This document shows, piece after piece, positions 1 through 12,781 of a DNA stretch of 64,000 nucleotides. Position numbers and translations under genes: made by a program. Positions within the stretch are counted from its first letter, which is position 1; the number at the start of each line of letters is the position of its first letter. This DNA comes from Lama glama (lineage: Eukaryota), in contig CM052818.1 of assembly GCA_028534125.1 (NCBI GenBank), forward strand, positions 15,936,001-16,000,000, read 5' to 3'. A model generated the notes under the pieces. That model worked only from the letters and a program-made list of their open reading frames with translations. It searched no databases and was not told the origin of the DNA.

Positions 1-1500
1 CCTAAGTTTCATATTCATGGTACATTTAAGTTTTTGATTCATTTCCAGTTTATTTCTCTACAAGGTATGAGGTTTTGGACAAGGTACTTTTTTAAGGGCC
101 TAAGTATGTTCAACTGCTTCAGCACCATTTCTGTTGAAAATTCTCTCCTTCAGTGAATTTTTTTCATCTTTGCCAAAAATCGATTTTGTATTTTTTGATG
201 AGTCCCTTTCTGGGTTCTCTATTCTGTTCCATTGAGCTATATGTCTATCTTTCCATCAGTACTATACTGTCTTGATTACTGTAGGTATACAGTAAGTTTT
301 AAGAGCAGCGAGAATGATTTCTCACACATTCTTCTTCTTTTGAAAAACTGTTTCAGTTGTTCTAGGGCTTGTCTTTCTATATAAATTTTAGAATAAGTTT
401 GTCGATGGCTGAAAAAAATGCTGGGATTTTGACAGAAAGGCTTAAAACTCTAGGTCAATTTGGGTAGCACTGATATCTTTATAAAGAGTCTTCCTATCCA
501 TGAACAGTGTAAGTATCTCTAGTTATCAAGGGCTCTGAGTTTTTAATCAGCCTTTTGTAATTTAAAACATATAGATTCCTGCATGTATTGTTATATTAAT
601 AACTAAGTATTTCATCTTCCTTGGGACAATTTTAAATGTTATTGATTTTTACCTTGAATTCTACAGTCTTGCTGAACTCGTAAGTTGAAGAAATTTTCTT
701 TTTGTAGATTAAAAAGTGAGTTTCTACATAGATAGCCATGTAACCTGCAAACAAACATAGTTTTATTTCTTTTTGTCCAATTTGTATGCCTTTTATTTCT
801 TTTTACTTGCCTTATTTTGCCGGTTAGAGCTTCCAGTTCTATGCTGAGTAAGAGTGGTGAAAGTAGAAATCATTGACTTGTTCTCAACCCAAGAGGTAGA
901 GCAGTCTTTTACCACCAAGTATGACTTCAGCTGTAGGTTTTCTATGAATGATCTTTATCAGTTGAGCAAGTTCTCCTTTATTGCTACTTTGCTGAAAAAT
1001 TTTTATTATGAATAGGCATGAAATTCTGTCAAATGTTTCTTCTGAAGTAATTGATATCATTATATGAGTTTTCTTCTTTAGTCTATTGTTATGATGAACT
1101 TTATTGATTTGATTTTCAAATACTGAGCCATATTTGCATACCTGAAATCAACTCCATTTGATCATGGTGTTAATGTATAAAATCCTTTTTATATATTGAT
1201 AGATTTAATTTGCTAGTATTTTGTTGAGAATTTTGGCATCTACATTCATGAGAGATGTTGGTCTACAGTTTTCTTTTTTTGAACTGTTTTTGTGTGGTTT
1301 TGGTATCAGGTAATATTCACCTCAGAATGATGGGGCGTGTTCCCGACTATTTATTAAAAGACATTATGTACATTTTGTGTTAATTCTTTAACTTCTCTAG
1401 TGTAAACATCTAAGTCCAGAGAGTTTTTTTGGGGGGAGTGGGAGTTTTATAATTATAAATTAAATTTGTTTAATGGTAATAAGATGATCTAGGTTGAGTA
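1..1500 (-). mobile_element. Old L1 (L1M-type) ORF2 fragment, antisense
   Basis: T-rich strand with typical antisense L1 ORF2 tracts (e.g. tttgctagtattttgttgagaattttggcatctacattcatgagagat at ~1210-1257); no open frame. Confidence 0.85.
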
Positions 1501-2420
1501 AACTCTTTTATCTTTCCTCAAGCTTACTGATTTCATCCTGGATCTGAGACCATCCAATGAGGGTTTTACTTGGTTATTGAATTTTTCAGTTCTAAAATTC
1601 CTATTTGTTTCTTTTTTTAAAAGCTTGTATTTATTTTCTAAAAATTTCTGGTTTTTTAAATTTGTTTCAAGATAATTTTTAACTACTTCTTAAAGCATTT
1701 TTATAATGACTGCTTTAAAATCCTTGTCACATAATTCCAATATATGAATAATCTCAGTGTTGGTGTCAATGGATTGTTCTTATTTTTTAAGTTGCATTTT
1801 TTTTTGTTGACATTTTAAGAGATTTTTTATTGTATCCTTCACATTTTGCATATTACCACAGAAGACCCTTTATCCTATTAAAAACTTCTATTATAGCCGG
1901 TTATCACAGTATTTAGGCATAGCATGTAGATCCTTGACTCCTTTTGGAAGCTGTAATTCCAATGCCAGTTTAGTTTTCAGAGACTTGGCAATGATATTCT
2001 GGTGTGTTTTGTTCTTCTGTGCTGTACACAGGTACTATTTGGGCTGCCCAGTGGGAATGAGCTGGGGATGCAATCCTGCCTAGACTTTGCTGATGCTTCA
2101 ACTGTGGGTGGATTGATCCACCTACTGTCCCAGGTGTGGCATAAGGAGCCTGGTGATGCTGACACTTTAGCAGAGCAGGTCTGTCATCCTATGCATGTGT
2201 CCTGTGGGTCAGGAATCCTACTGCTGCAGCAGACTGGACTGCCATTGCCAAGGTGCGGGGCAGGGTGTCTGCCTAGGATTCACTGTGCCATTGTTGGCAG
2301 GCTATCAGAAGGTGTGATGTGGGGAATGAATTGGCCTGTCTGGGTCTGCTGCTGTTAGTACTGTGGGCAGCTCAGCCATGACTGCTGGTGAATGTACATC
2401 AGCAATGGGTTGGCCTTACC
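1500..2420 (-). mobile_element. Probable old L1 ORF1/5' region remnant
   Basis: Antisense L1-like tracts at 1560-1900, then a more GC-rich 5'UTR-like segment; highly diverged. Confidence 0.45.
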
Positions 2421-2522
2421 GGACTTTGCTGATATTGTCCTTACAGGCAGATCAGTTGCATAATAAACTATTAAACATACATCATACAGCAAAATTAAAT
2501 GAAGATACAGCAGGATTCTTAC

Positions 2523-2749
2523 ATTATTTTCTTTTAAATCTTCTACACAGATTTTTTGATAACCCTTGGCCAAGTGTGATTTGGAGGTTTTCTCTTTTCT
2601 GTTCTCATCCAACATTTTCTTTTCGTGTTTCCCAGGATCTTTTGATTCTCTTCTGCATGTCACCTGATGTTGCTGTACTTCACAATCTGTCCCGGGAGAG
2701 CCATGACTTTGGATATAATCTTTGTTATTGTGTATAGAATTTTTAATGT
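2523..2749 (-). CDS. Candidate internal exon (227 nt, phase 1 to 0) of an unidentified gene: IKNSIHNNKDYIQSHGSPGTDCEVQQHQVTCRRESKDPGKHEKKMLDENRKEKTSKSHLAKGYQKICVEDLKENN
   Basis: Minus-strand acceptor ttgatgtatag| and donor AAT|GTAAGA; 75 open codons, hydrophilic and protein-like; a stop lies immediately upstream in the intron. Confidence 0.5.
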
Positions 2750-2851
2750 CTATACATCAAAGTTAATTTCAAATATCATCTTCATTCACTGTTATAATAA
2801 GAAAGCTATGCTTCTCTTAAATATGCTCTGCAGATGCCTACTACCACTTAC

Positions 2852-2977
2852 ATTTTCCTAAGTGTATGGTGATAAACTTTATCTTATGCCTCAATATCTG
2901 CCTCTGTTTACTTATTAGTAATAGATTATTTAGTATGAAAAGTAACTTTCTGGTTATAGTCCCAAACTGACTCTCTT
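2852..2977 (-). CDS. Candidate internal exon (126 nt, phase 1-1): ESQFGTITRKLLFILNNLLLISKQRQILRHKIKFITIHLGK
   Basis: Acceptor gtttttatttctgctcag| and donor AAAT|GTAAGT; joins 2523-2749 in frame across a 102-nt intron. Confidence 0.45.
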
Positions 2978-3082
2978 CTGAGCAGAAATAAAAACAGCAT
3001 TGCACTCTGTCTTTCATTGCTATGAAATATCTCATGAAAGAGGAGCTCAAGACACTTTACATTGGGACCATTTTATACTCAC

Positions 3083-3225
3083 TGAGAAACTGGCTTCATA
3101 AGCACCTATATGTCTAACGATGTGGCCAGATAGACATGACTGTGTATTAACTGACATTTCACATTATTTTATTTTCCTCTATAATTGCTAAATGTGACTA
3201 TTCAAGATTCACTTTGTCTGTGTCC
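3083..3225 (-). pseudogene. Candidate decayed exon (5' boundary uncertain)
   Basis: Donor CTCA|GTGAGT giving a 105-nt intron to the 2977 acceptor; stops in all frames. Confidence 0.3.
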
Positions 3226-4534
3226 CTACTTTCATCAGGCAATAAATAAAGTTATAAAATGTTTATATTTATTTGTTTGACTTTTTACTCTAGTTCTAAG
3301 TATCAATTATTATTTTTATCCAATTTAATACTAAATGTATTGCAGACTGTTTTATATTTAATGATCTATTTGACTCATCAAGCCTGTATTTTTTATAAGT
3401 AATTCAGGGGAAATGGTATCCCAGACTACTATATAAAATGATAGAAAATTAAAACCCATAAATTAACTCAGTTTTCTTCCTTAAAATGGAAGAAAATTTT
3501 ATAATCACTTTTGCTTATACCAAAACACTATTTTTCAAATTGCTCAATCAATATAGGAGTTAAGCTAGGAGACCTCAAGGAATCAATACCAACATGCAGT
3601 TTTATTTTCATTTTTTACAACCTATAAAATATGTATTTTACAGGAAAGATAGTATTGAATAAATAAAAAAGTGATTGATACTGCAGCTCATAAATATTAA
3701 TTCTGGAAAATGCTGGATCTTTTTGTTTAAAAAAACCAAATAGTTAAAAAGAAAAGATCAAAATGAATTAAAGGGCAAAGCAGACTCTATTTGTCATTTG
3801 GGTTTAACTGTGCTATTGCCTTTTCTTGAGCAGCTAACTACATGATATATTATTACTCTCCCTCCTTCTGCACCTGCTTTTGCAACTGCACTTGCCTCTG
3901 AAATGGCCTTTTCAGCCCCAGCCAAAATGCCATGCACAGATGGAGACGTCTCTGTTTACCCCTGTGGGGGGGCGTGGTGAATGTTTAATCTCTTCCACTG
4001 AATCATTTGTTATCTATTTTTTTTCATTTGGCCTTTTGCTGAAGGCCTATGTTACTGAGGATGTCTCTTGCTAATTTTTGTAAAATGGAAATTATAATAC
4101 CTAAATTTTATAGTTTTCATCAATTTTAAGCAGCATTTTCATACACACACATATACATATATTTATATATATTGCTTTGGCATGAGTTAGCATATACTAA
4201 TTAACTTCTTCTACATCAAAAATTCTTTGTAGTTATTTAGCATTGAGGTAGACTAGGTAAAATTTGGAAATTAATGCATATTCTTACAGACTTACACTAA
4301 GGATTACAAGGGAATGCATGTAAACTCTATCATAGGAAAATAGTATGTATTCACAAAACTGTGAGTAATAAAAAATACCAAGCCCTGACACTGTGGCCTG
4401 TTCTTACAGGTTAGTTGTGGGATTTCTGGAACATTCCCCAATAACTAGAACTGCAGATGAGCACAGTGGACCTCTGGAAGATGGCAACATCCCTCATCTT
4501 TGCTGGCGCAGTTGTCATACACTTGCAATATGAC

Positions 4535-4760
4535 TTAATGGTTAAGAGCATGGATCTTAAAGAAAAAGGCCTACCTTTAAACAAATACATGTTTAAAGTT
4601 TTAAACATTAGTTGTATGACATTGGCAATTTTTTAACCCTTTCTTAGTTTCCTCATGTGAAAATAGTATATTAACAATAATATATATTCATTGGGATGTT
4701 ATGAAAATTAAATGAGAGAAAATGTTCAAAATATTCAGTGTTGTTAGTGCCCACTGAAAA
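4535..4760 (+). mobile_element. MIR SINE
   Basis: MIR core: cttagtttcctcatgtgaaaatag...ggatgttatgaaaattaaatgag. Confidence 0.7.
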
Positions 4761-5157
4761 CACCTACTGTTATTAAGTATTAACCGTTGGACTATTAATA
4801 CAATGTTTGGATACCCTCTATTTCACACTGCATTCATTTTTTTACTTAAAATAGAGAAGGGTAAAGAATAACATTTGTTATTGCTTTCATGAAGAAACTT
4901 TCAGGGGTTAAAAAGAAAACGTGATTTTCTTCTAGGAGTTGTTGATCACAGATACTATCATCTAAATCTGACCATGTTTTTGCATATGATTTGTAATTCA
5001 ACAATCTGATTAAGAGTCATGAAAAAGGCAAAAGGTTACAGAATTCAACAATTCTAAAATATTAATTGAACATTAAAATAGCTACTTGTTAAACCAAATG
5101 AAAAGGATAATACAACACTTGAAACGGGCAAGAAATGACACAATTGTAGAAACATAC

Positions 5158-5399
5158 TACAGTTAATGTATATAATTTTAACGTGCTGTGAAAACCAGTT
5201 TCTGGGATTGCTTTTCAAGTCATGTTAGCATGTTCTTGCAAACGGAAAGTTAATTGATTTGAGAATTTCACACCATTGGTGGATTGAAAGTGGGAACGTC
5301 TGATTTGATCACTATGCCTGTTGGATATTTCATCAACCCTTAAACAGGCTATCCCTCTAAAATAATCTGATCAGCTGATCCCTTGAGGTTTGGGAGAAT
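5158..5399 (-). pseudogene. Candidate decayed exon (242 nt, phase 1 to 0) with two in-frame TGA
   Basis: Acceptor tttcttcctgccaaacttag| and donor GTA|GTATGT; frame SPKPQGIS*SDYFRGIACLRVDEISNRHSDQIRRSHFQSTNGVKFSNQLTFRLQEHANMT*KAIPETGFHSTLKLYTLTV. Confidence 0.3.
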
Positions 5400-5509
5400 C
5401 TAAGTTTGGCAGGAAGAAATTATTAAATCACTTTATATATTCCCATCTCCAGTTTACCATGCATTTTAGATTTAGTTAGAAGGAGAAATTGAAAGGTACA
5501 ATATAGATA

Positions 5510-6350
5510 ACTCACTCAACAAACATGTATGGAGTGAGTACTAAGGTTTAAAAACTGTCATAGTTCTGAGGGATACTTGGGTGGCCCAGACAGGCCCAAT
5601 ACCTGCTCTAGTGGAGCTTATACATTAGAGGCTATAAAAATGGAGAAAATTTAAAAGTCTAAAATAAAATTTAGGTAATGATAATACCACAAATAAATAA
5701 ATACATGATGCAACTGTGTGTAACTGGGGGATGTTGGCAATTTACATTACAATACTTGGGGAAGGTGTCACTGGGAAGCTTAGATCTGAATGATAAGAAG
5801 AAGCCGCTGAGTCACCTAGCAATGGAACATAGTACAGGGGAAGCAGTAAATATAAAGTCCTAAGGTGGGCATGAGATTGTTGTGAATGGCCAGTGAAAAG
5901 AGAACTGGCAGTAGATGCAACTGGAGAGATAAACACTCCAGGTCAGGCACGGCATATTAGGCCACTATGAATGTTTGAATTTTATACTGAGTATAATGGA
6001 ACACAAACAAGTGTAGTAATTCATTAATTCAGTAAACATTTTTAAGCATCTATTCTATGAAAGATACTATAACTGGTGCTATGGGAAATATGGATATGAC
6101 CTGAAGACACAGGAAATGCCATACAGAGCTCCTAGATGGGAGACAACATAGAAAGTAACTCTTTGTATAAGAAGAAAATGTGGGCAGAATACCATGAGAA
6201 TTTAGAAAAGAGTACAGCTGAGCATTTTGATGCACTGTTTTTAAAGGGGTGATAAATGAGTTGAGTTCTTAAGAATTAGTAGCAATTTATTGGGCTAAAT
6301 AATGGCAAAAGAAAGTAGATAATGAAGAATAGTTTTAGAGAGAGGGAAAA
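5510..6350 (-). mobile_element. L2 LINE fragments
   Basis: L2 3' end signature in antisense (cactcaacaaacatgtatggagtg..., attcagtaaacatttttaagcatctattctatg). Confidence 0.7.
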
Positions 6351-7329
6351 GCTACTTTTTTATACAACAGCATTTATTTATTCTTTCCCAGAGTTACTGA
6401 AGTAAAATTGACAAATAAAAGTTGTATATATTTAAAGCATACAACTTGACTGTGGTGATTATTTCATAAGGGGGGGCCACTTTTATTGAAATACAAGGTA
6501 AATGTGAAAATGTAACGAGTCTGGAAAGGTAATGTGGCTCCATCAATATGGCTCTTAAATGCCCAGGTAAGAAGATAGCATTATTTTTCATTCAGTTATG
6601 GAAGAGAAACATGAGTAGCTGAGTAGGAGACTGCATAATCCAAGATACATCCCAGAGAGGAACGAGGAGAGCAGCAGTTTGAAGGGGACAGGGACACAGA
6701 TGAAGAAGAAAGGTGAGTGAGGGATTGTGTGGCGCGCTAGAGATTGCCAGGTGCTACTGAGTCTAATTCTAAAATACCCGCTGTGACATCCTTTCCATCT
6801 TCCACTATGGTAAGCAGTGCTTCACAATTGGAACATTGTTCCCACTTATGTCTACCTCCTTTTTCTCCCCTCACAATGTCACCTTAAAAAGCCTCCAAAA
6901 CACAAGTATTTCCATGCAACAGGTGGAAAAAAAGCAAATAAGCTCCTGGGACTAAGAGGATAAAGACTAACTCTAACACAGTTTTCAAAATCCTCTAAAA
7001 TCTTGCTCCTTGCAATTTTATTTACTCTCCTCACTCCTCGTTTACTGGATTACTTACAGTTTCGTAAACATAGCATGAGCTTCCATTCCTCTCAGTCGTT
7101 GCTTATAAATCTTTCTATAGCCTGTGTGCTGCTTTCTTCACCTGTTGCTAATCGGCTCATGTTTCAAAGCCAAGCTTATTTCAGATCTCCTCTGGTAATT
7201 TCTCAAACCCTCAGCCAAATTTATTTGCTCCTTGCTCTGGTTACACTTTGCTCATAGAACTACTACTATACACTAGTCCATGTTGCTTTTCAAAAAATTA
7301 GTACTTCCAGCCCAGACTCTGCTCAGAAC

Positions 7330-8760
7330 ATCAACATGGTTTCTGGTTGGGAAGATTAAAAAGTTCTCAAAATAGATAGTGGTGGTGGCTGTACGACATT
7401 ATGAATGTACTTAATGGCTATGAATCTTATGCTTAAGAATGGTTAAAATGTTAAATCTCATGGCACATATATTTTTACTGATATATATATATATGTAACT
7501 TGTATCACAGCAAAAAAAATTAATGATAAAATATTATTAGCATTTTCATTAGGAACAAGAGAAGAATATTTTATCACCAGTACTTACTAATATTGTACTG
7601 GAGGTCTTAGTGAAAGAAGGAAACCAAGAAAAATAAATAAGAAGGATCTGGACCAGAGAGGAAAAAAAAAAATCATTTTCAGAAAAGATGATTGCCCATA
7701 TAATTAAAAAAAATTCTAAGATACTTCAATGACAAATCTGAAATACTCTACTTTTTGTTTTTAAAATGTCTGATGGCAAAAGGACAAAACTGCGAAAATG
7801 TAGCAAATACAAAATATTCATTATGAATGATCAGTAAATAAGTGATTGTCACATTTTTCTGTGGGTATGTTTCACTTTTACCAAAAAAGGGGAGGGGAGA
7901 AGAAGAATGGAAATCAAATCCTGCTGGTTTCCTGTGTAATTTGTGTCAAACATTCCAGGAAAAAACATACACATTAACATATTTCCTAGCATATAGACAA
8001 AAGGAGATTCCAGAAAAATAACAAAAAAAAAAGTAGCAAAGATAGTACTTAAATACAATTTTTATGTATGACCAAGCAGTATTATTCTCAGAATAAAGAT
8101 AGCTAAGTTAAGAAATTTATTAATCTAATTTAAAATATTAATAAATTAAAGAACAAAAACCATATACAACCAACTTGAAAGGTACCCCTAAAAAAGAGCT
8201 AGAAAAAAAAAAAAACCAAAATTATTTCTGACTAAAATTAAGGACCACACAAAATAGGAATATGGGAACATTTAAGGAACATGATTATGCTCATTCTGAA
8301 AACAATGCCTTAATTAGCAGCTTAGAGTAAAATGCCTAGTCATTCCCAAATAAATTAGGAAGAAGAAAAGGGAGCTTCTATTATTACCATTAACATTTTC
8401 TTTAGGAAGTTTTAGACAATACATAAAGCCATCAAAATAAAAAAGCTATTCTTAGAAAGGGAATAAATGTATCTATATTTCCTACTGATGTCATTATATG
8501 CCTAGAAAATCCAATCAAAAAATTAAGAAACCACTGCAATTAAGAAAATTCAATAAGGTGACTGCCAACAGATTTAAAACAAAAAAATCAAAAACATTTG
8601 TATGTAACACTGGAAACAGTTATAAATCTAACTGTAGAAAAATTCTATTTATAATACTCAAAGAGAAATAAAACATCAAAGAGTAGGTTTAACAAGAAAA
8701 TTGCCAGACCTACTTAAGAGAATGTCTATACTTTACTGTGGAACACACAAAAAAAGTTTT
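7330..8760 (+). mobile_element. Old L1 fragments (L1MB/MC-like 3'UTR piece followed by degraded ORF2)
   Basis: 3'UTR motif aaaagttctcaaaatagatagtggtggtggctgtacgacattatgaatgtacttaatg; A-rich ORF2-like tracts downstream. Confidence 0.7.
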
Positions 8761-9118
8761 GTTTCAAAACCGATCAATATTGATTGAAAAATGATAGGAA
8801 ACATTGGTTAATCGCTTTAAATATTGTGTATTTGCATGTTAATTATGATTTTGGAGCAGGAAATCTACAAATAATAGTATACCTATGCAGGAAAACACAA
8901 AGCAAAACAGGTATAACATCGTAAAATGCTAAAATCTTAAAGATATTTTCTTCAATTGAAAATCCACATCACATAGTGTAATTCACTCTGTCTCTGTGTA
9001 AATATCTGCTGTTCACCAGAATTTAGGAGACAGTATATTTGTGTGATCTATGAATAGAATTTGACTTTAAATAGCATCTGATTAACTAACATGTTTTTAT
9101 TACATTAATTCTACTTAC

Positions 9119-9212
9119 ATTTCAGGTGAATTCATATTAATCTCATGGCTGTGATAAACAGGGTTAATGTGATCCCAAAAGCTTCATTTTCCAACTGCTT
9201 CAATATACACAA
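9119..9212 (-). pseudogene. Strong exon candidate (94 nt), stop-containing in all frames
   Basis: Acceptor tttttttctctccttag| and donor AAAT|GTAAGT; best frames VYIEAVGK*SFWDHINPVYHSHEINMNSPE and LCILKQLENEAFGITLTLFITAMRLI*. Confidence 0.45.
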
Positions 9213-9959
9213 CTAAGGAGAGAAAAAAATGTGTGATCTTAGAAATGATAGGTTGTTTACACGTCTTTATATGTGGGCAGTGTTTCTACACATTTTGTTA
9301 TAGTCTAAAAATAAAATGCTTGAAAATTCAGTTCTTTTTATGCTTATAAAATATACTCATACTTTTTTAAGAAATGAAATAAAATTAAAGCTATAACTTT
9401 TTGAAATCCAAGTAAATTGAACTGTAGTATACTGGGATAAGATAAATAATCATGAAACCAAAGTATAATTGAGACCACTCTAAATTAATCCAAATGCAAG
9501 ATGTAATCTAACAGCTGTTTCAACTCAGAAGAAATCTTATATTTTCTTATAGTGCATAATAGAGTCTAAGTACCATAACAATTAAAAATGATAAATCATA
9601 TTACTTCTAGAGATTTATTTTGTTATTTATTTATCTATTTATTTTTCATGATATAGGCACTCTATGACAATGGGGAAAGCATTGAGCTTGTCAACACAAT
9701 AAATACCCTATTGTTGAATATGAAATATATGCAAAATCTTATGTGAAACGAGATTTTGAATAGTAACATTTTGAATTATGCATTATTTTGACTCAACTCT
9801 TAGAGATTTATTAAAGTGTGTGTTTATAATCAATGTATTCTCCGGTTAATGTTGGTTAGCAAACTCTTTGCCTAAATAAGTAATTGTAATATAGTAACAA
9901 TCAACTATTCAACAGGTTTAGGCAGAACTTAATCTAACTAAGTTTGGGATGAACAAATG

Positions 9960-12705
9960 ATCACAGTAATTAAAAATGAAGGAGTAAAGGAAGAATAAAA
10001 GAATAAATGACATGAGATATATAAGGAACCCCAAATGGTAGACAAAGTCAACCATATCAATAATAAAATTAAATGTGAAACAATTTAATCAAAAGGCAGA
10101 GCTTGTAAAATGGAATTAAGAAACAAGCAAACAAAAAAGAAGATCCAATTGTCTACCTGTAAGCTTTCTACAGGAGGCACGCTTCAAAGATACTAACAGG
10201 TTGAAAATAAAAGGATGAAAGGAGATACACATACAAACAGCAATTATATGATAGCTAAAATGGCTACATCAATATCAGACAAACTGGAGTTTAAGATAAA
10301 AAAAAATGTTACTACAAATAAAAAGAGATATTTTATAATGATTAAGTATTTAACAAATTAAGAAGAAAAGATAATTATAAGCATATGGACCTAAAAAGAA
10401 GAATCTCAAAATACACGGAGCAAAAATGAACATCATTGAAGAGAGCAATAAATAATTCAATAATAATAGTTGAAACTTCTATACCTCTCTTTCAAATACA
10501 GATGAAGCCACTAGGTTGAAGATCAACCAGTAAATAGAATACTTAAATAACAGTATAAACTATTTATTTAGACCTGAAGACATTTATAGAACACCTCACC
10601 CAACAATAGGACACACTTTCTTCTCAAGTGCACGTGGAACATTCTCTGGGACAGACCATAAATTAGACCATAAAACAAACCTCAATAAATTGATAAGGAT
10701 TAAAATCATACAAAGTATGTTCAGCAACTAAATACAACTAGAACTAATATAATAGTTTAGCAATGTGGCAGAATATAAGATCAAAGTAAAAAAAATCAAC
10801 TATTTCTTCAAGCAATCAAAGAGCCATAAATAAAGTTTAAGTCATTCAATTTTGATATGACTAAAATAAATAAAATTTTTAAAATTCTCATAAATAAAAT
10901 GAAAATAACTCCATTTAAAGTAACATAAAAGAGAACAAAATGCCTAAAAATAAATTTAACCAAAAAAGTGCAAAATTTGCCCTGAAAAGCCTAAAAACAC
11001 TGTAGAAAGAAATCAAAGAAGACCTAAATAAATTGGAAGATATCTCAAAGATGTTCTCAACAATATTCATAAGAAGACTATTTTTTAAATGGCAGTAGTC
11101 CTCGAAGTAATCTATAATTCAATACAAACCCTATCAAAGTCCTATCTTTTTGAAGAAATTGACAAGTGATTCTAAACTTAAATGAAAATGTAAAGAACAA
11201 GTAATAGTCAAAATAATATTTAAAAAGAACAAAGTTGGATGACTTACACTTCTTAATTTCAAGAACTGATTTCAAAAATACAATTATCAAGACAGTGTGA
11301 TTCTAGCCTAAGGATAGAAATATAAATTAATGAAATAAAATTTGAAGTCCAAAAATGAACTTTCACAATTATTGGTGAAATGATTCCTGACAAAGTTTCC
11401 AAAACAATTCAATGAAAAAAATAGTATTATTTTCAACAAATAGTTCAGAGAGAACTGTTTATCTATATGCAAAAAAATAAATTTGTGCCTTTAATCCCAC
11501 ATCATGTTAAATAATTATTGGGAGTGGATCATAAACATAATGCAACAGCTAAATCTATACAACTTTTAGATGAAAGATACAAAGAAATCTTCATGATTTT
11601 TGGTTAGAAAATTTCTTATATATGAAAAACAAACAAAAGCAAAAGCAACATAAGAAAAAAACACATAAATTGGACATCAACATTAAAAACTTGTCCTTCA
11701 AGGGATATCATCAAAAAAATAAAAAGGTAATCAACAGAATGAGAGAAAATATTTGCAAATATTACACTTGATAAAAGGCCAGTATCCAGAATACATAAAA
11801 ATATTTTACAACTCAACAACAACAAAAATTATCTATAAAGTGGGTACAAGGCACAAAGAAATATTTCTTCAGGGATGATGAACAAATGATCAGTAAACAC
11901 AAAAAAGATACTCAAAATTATTAGTCATTAGAGAAATAAAGATCAAAACCCCAATGAGGTATCACATCACAAACGCTATAACCAAAAACACATGTAATAG
12001 CAAGTGTTGTTGACAATATGGAAAAATTTCAACCTTCTTATAATGTTGATGATACTGTAAAGTGGTGCAACCACTTAGGAAAATAGTTTATTGTGTCTTC
12101 CATAGGTTAAACACTGAGTTACCATATGGCCTAGCAATTCCACACCTAGGTATATTTCCAAGAAAAATAAAAACATATGCCTGCACAAAAACTTGTGATA
12201 TGAATATCACAGGACCAAAATTCATAATAGCTAAAAAGCAGAAAAAAATCCAAATGTCTTTCAATTGGTGAATGGATAAATAAAATATGACCATGACAGG
12301 CATATAAAATGAAATATTTTTCAGCAAAATAAAAGGAATGTAGTGTTGGTGTTGATACATGCTGTAACACAGATGAACAGGGAATATATTTTGCTAAGTA
12401 AAAGAAGCCAGACACAAAAGGCTACATATTGTATGATTTCATTTATATGAAATGTCCAGAATATGCAAATACAGAGAGACAGAAAGTAGATCCGTGGTTG
12501 TCTAGACCTAAACGGGTCAGAGGAAATGGGAAGTGACTGCTGATGGGTATGGGATTTCTTCTGAGTGAAGAAAACATTCTATAATTGACTATAACGATGG
12601 CTGTACAAACTCTTTGAATATCCTAAAAGAATATTTATACACTTTAAATGAGTGAATTGTGTATCATGTGAATTTTATCTCCATGAAGTTGTTAACAAAC
12701 AAGAA
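9960..12705 (+). mobile_element. L1MB-like LINE: endonuclease region joined through an internal deletion (~10740) to the ORF2 C-terminus and 3'UTR
   Basis: ttctcaagtgcacgtggaacattctc (endonuclease region); ORF 12062-12271 resembles the ORF2 C-terminus; L1MB-type 3' end at 12400-12700. Confidence 0.88.
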
Positions 12706-12781
12706 AAAGATTGCAAGGATCAAGAGAAATTCTTTGAACTCTATTCCCATCTTTAAAGGGAAAACTCAGTTTTCCTCCTTT

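Noticed and set aside
2002..2737. Plus-strand ORFs of 118 and 124 aa
   Set aside because: They overlap a probable L1 5' remnant or are antisense shadows of the minus-strand exon candidate
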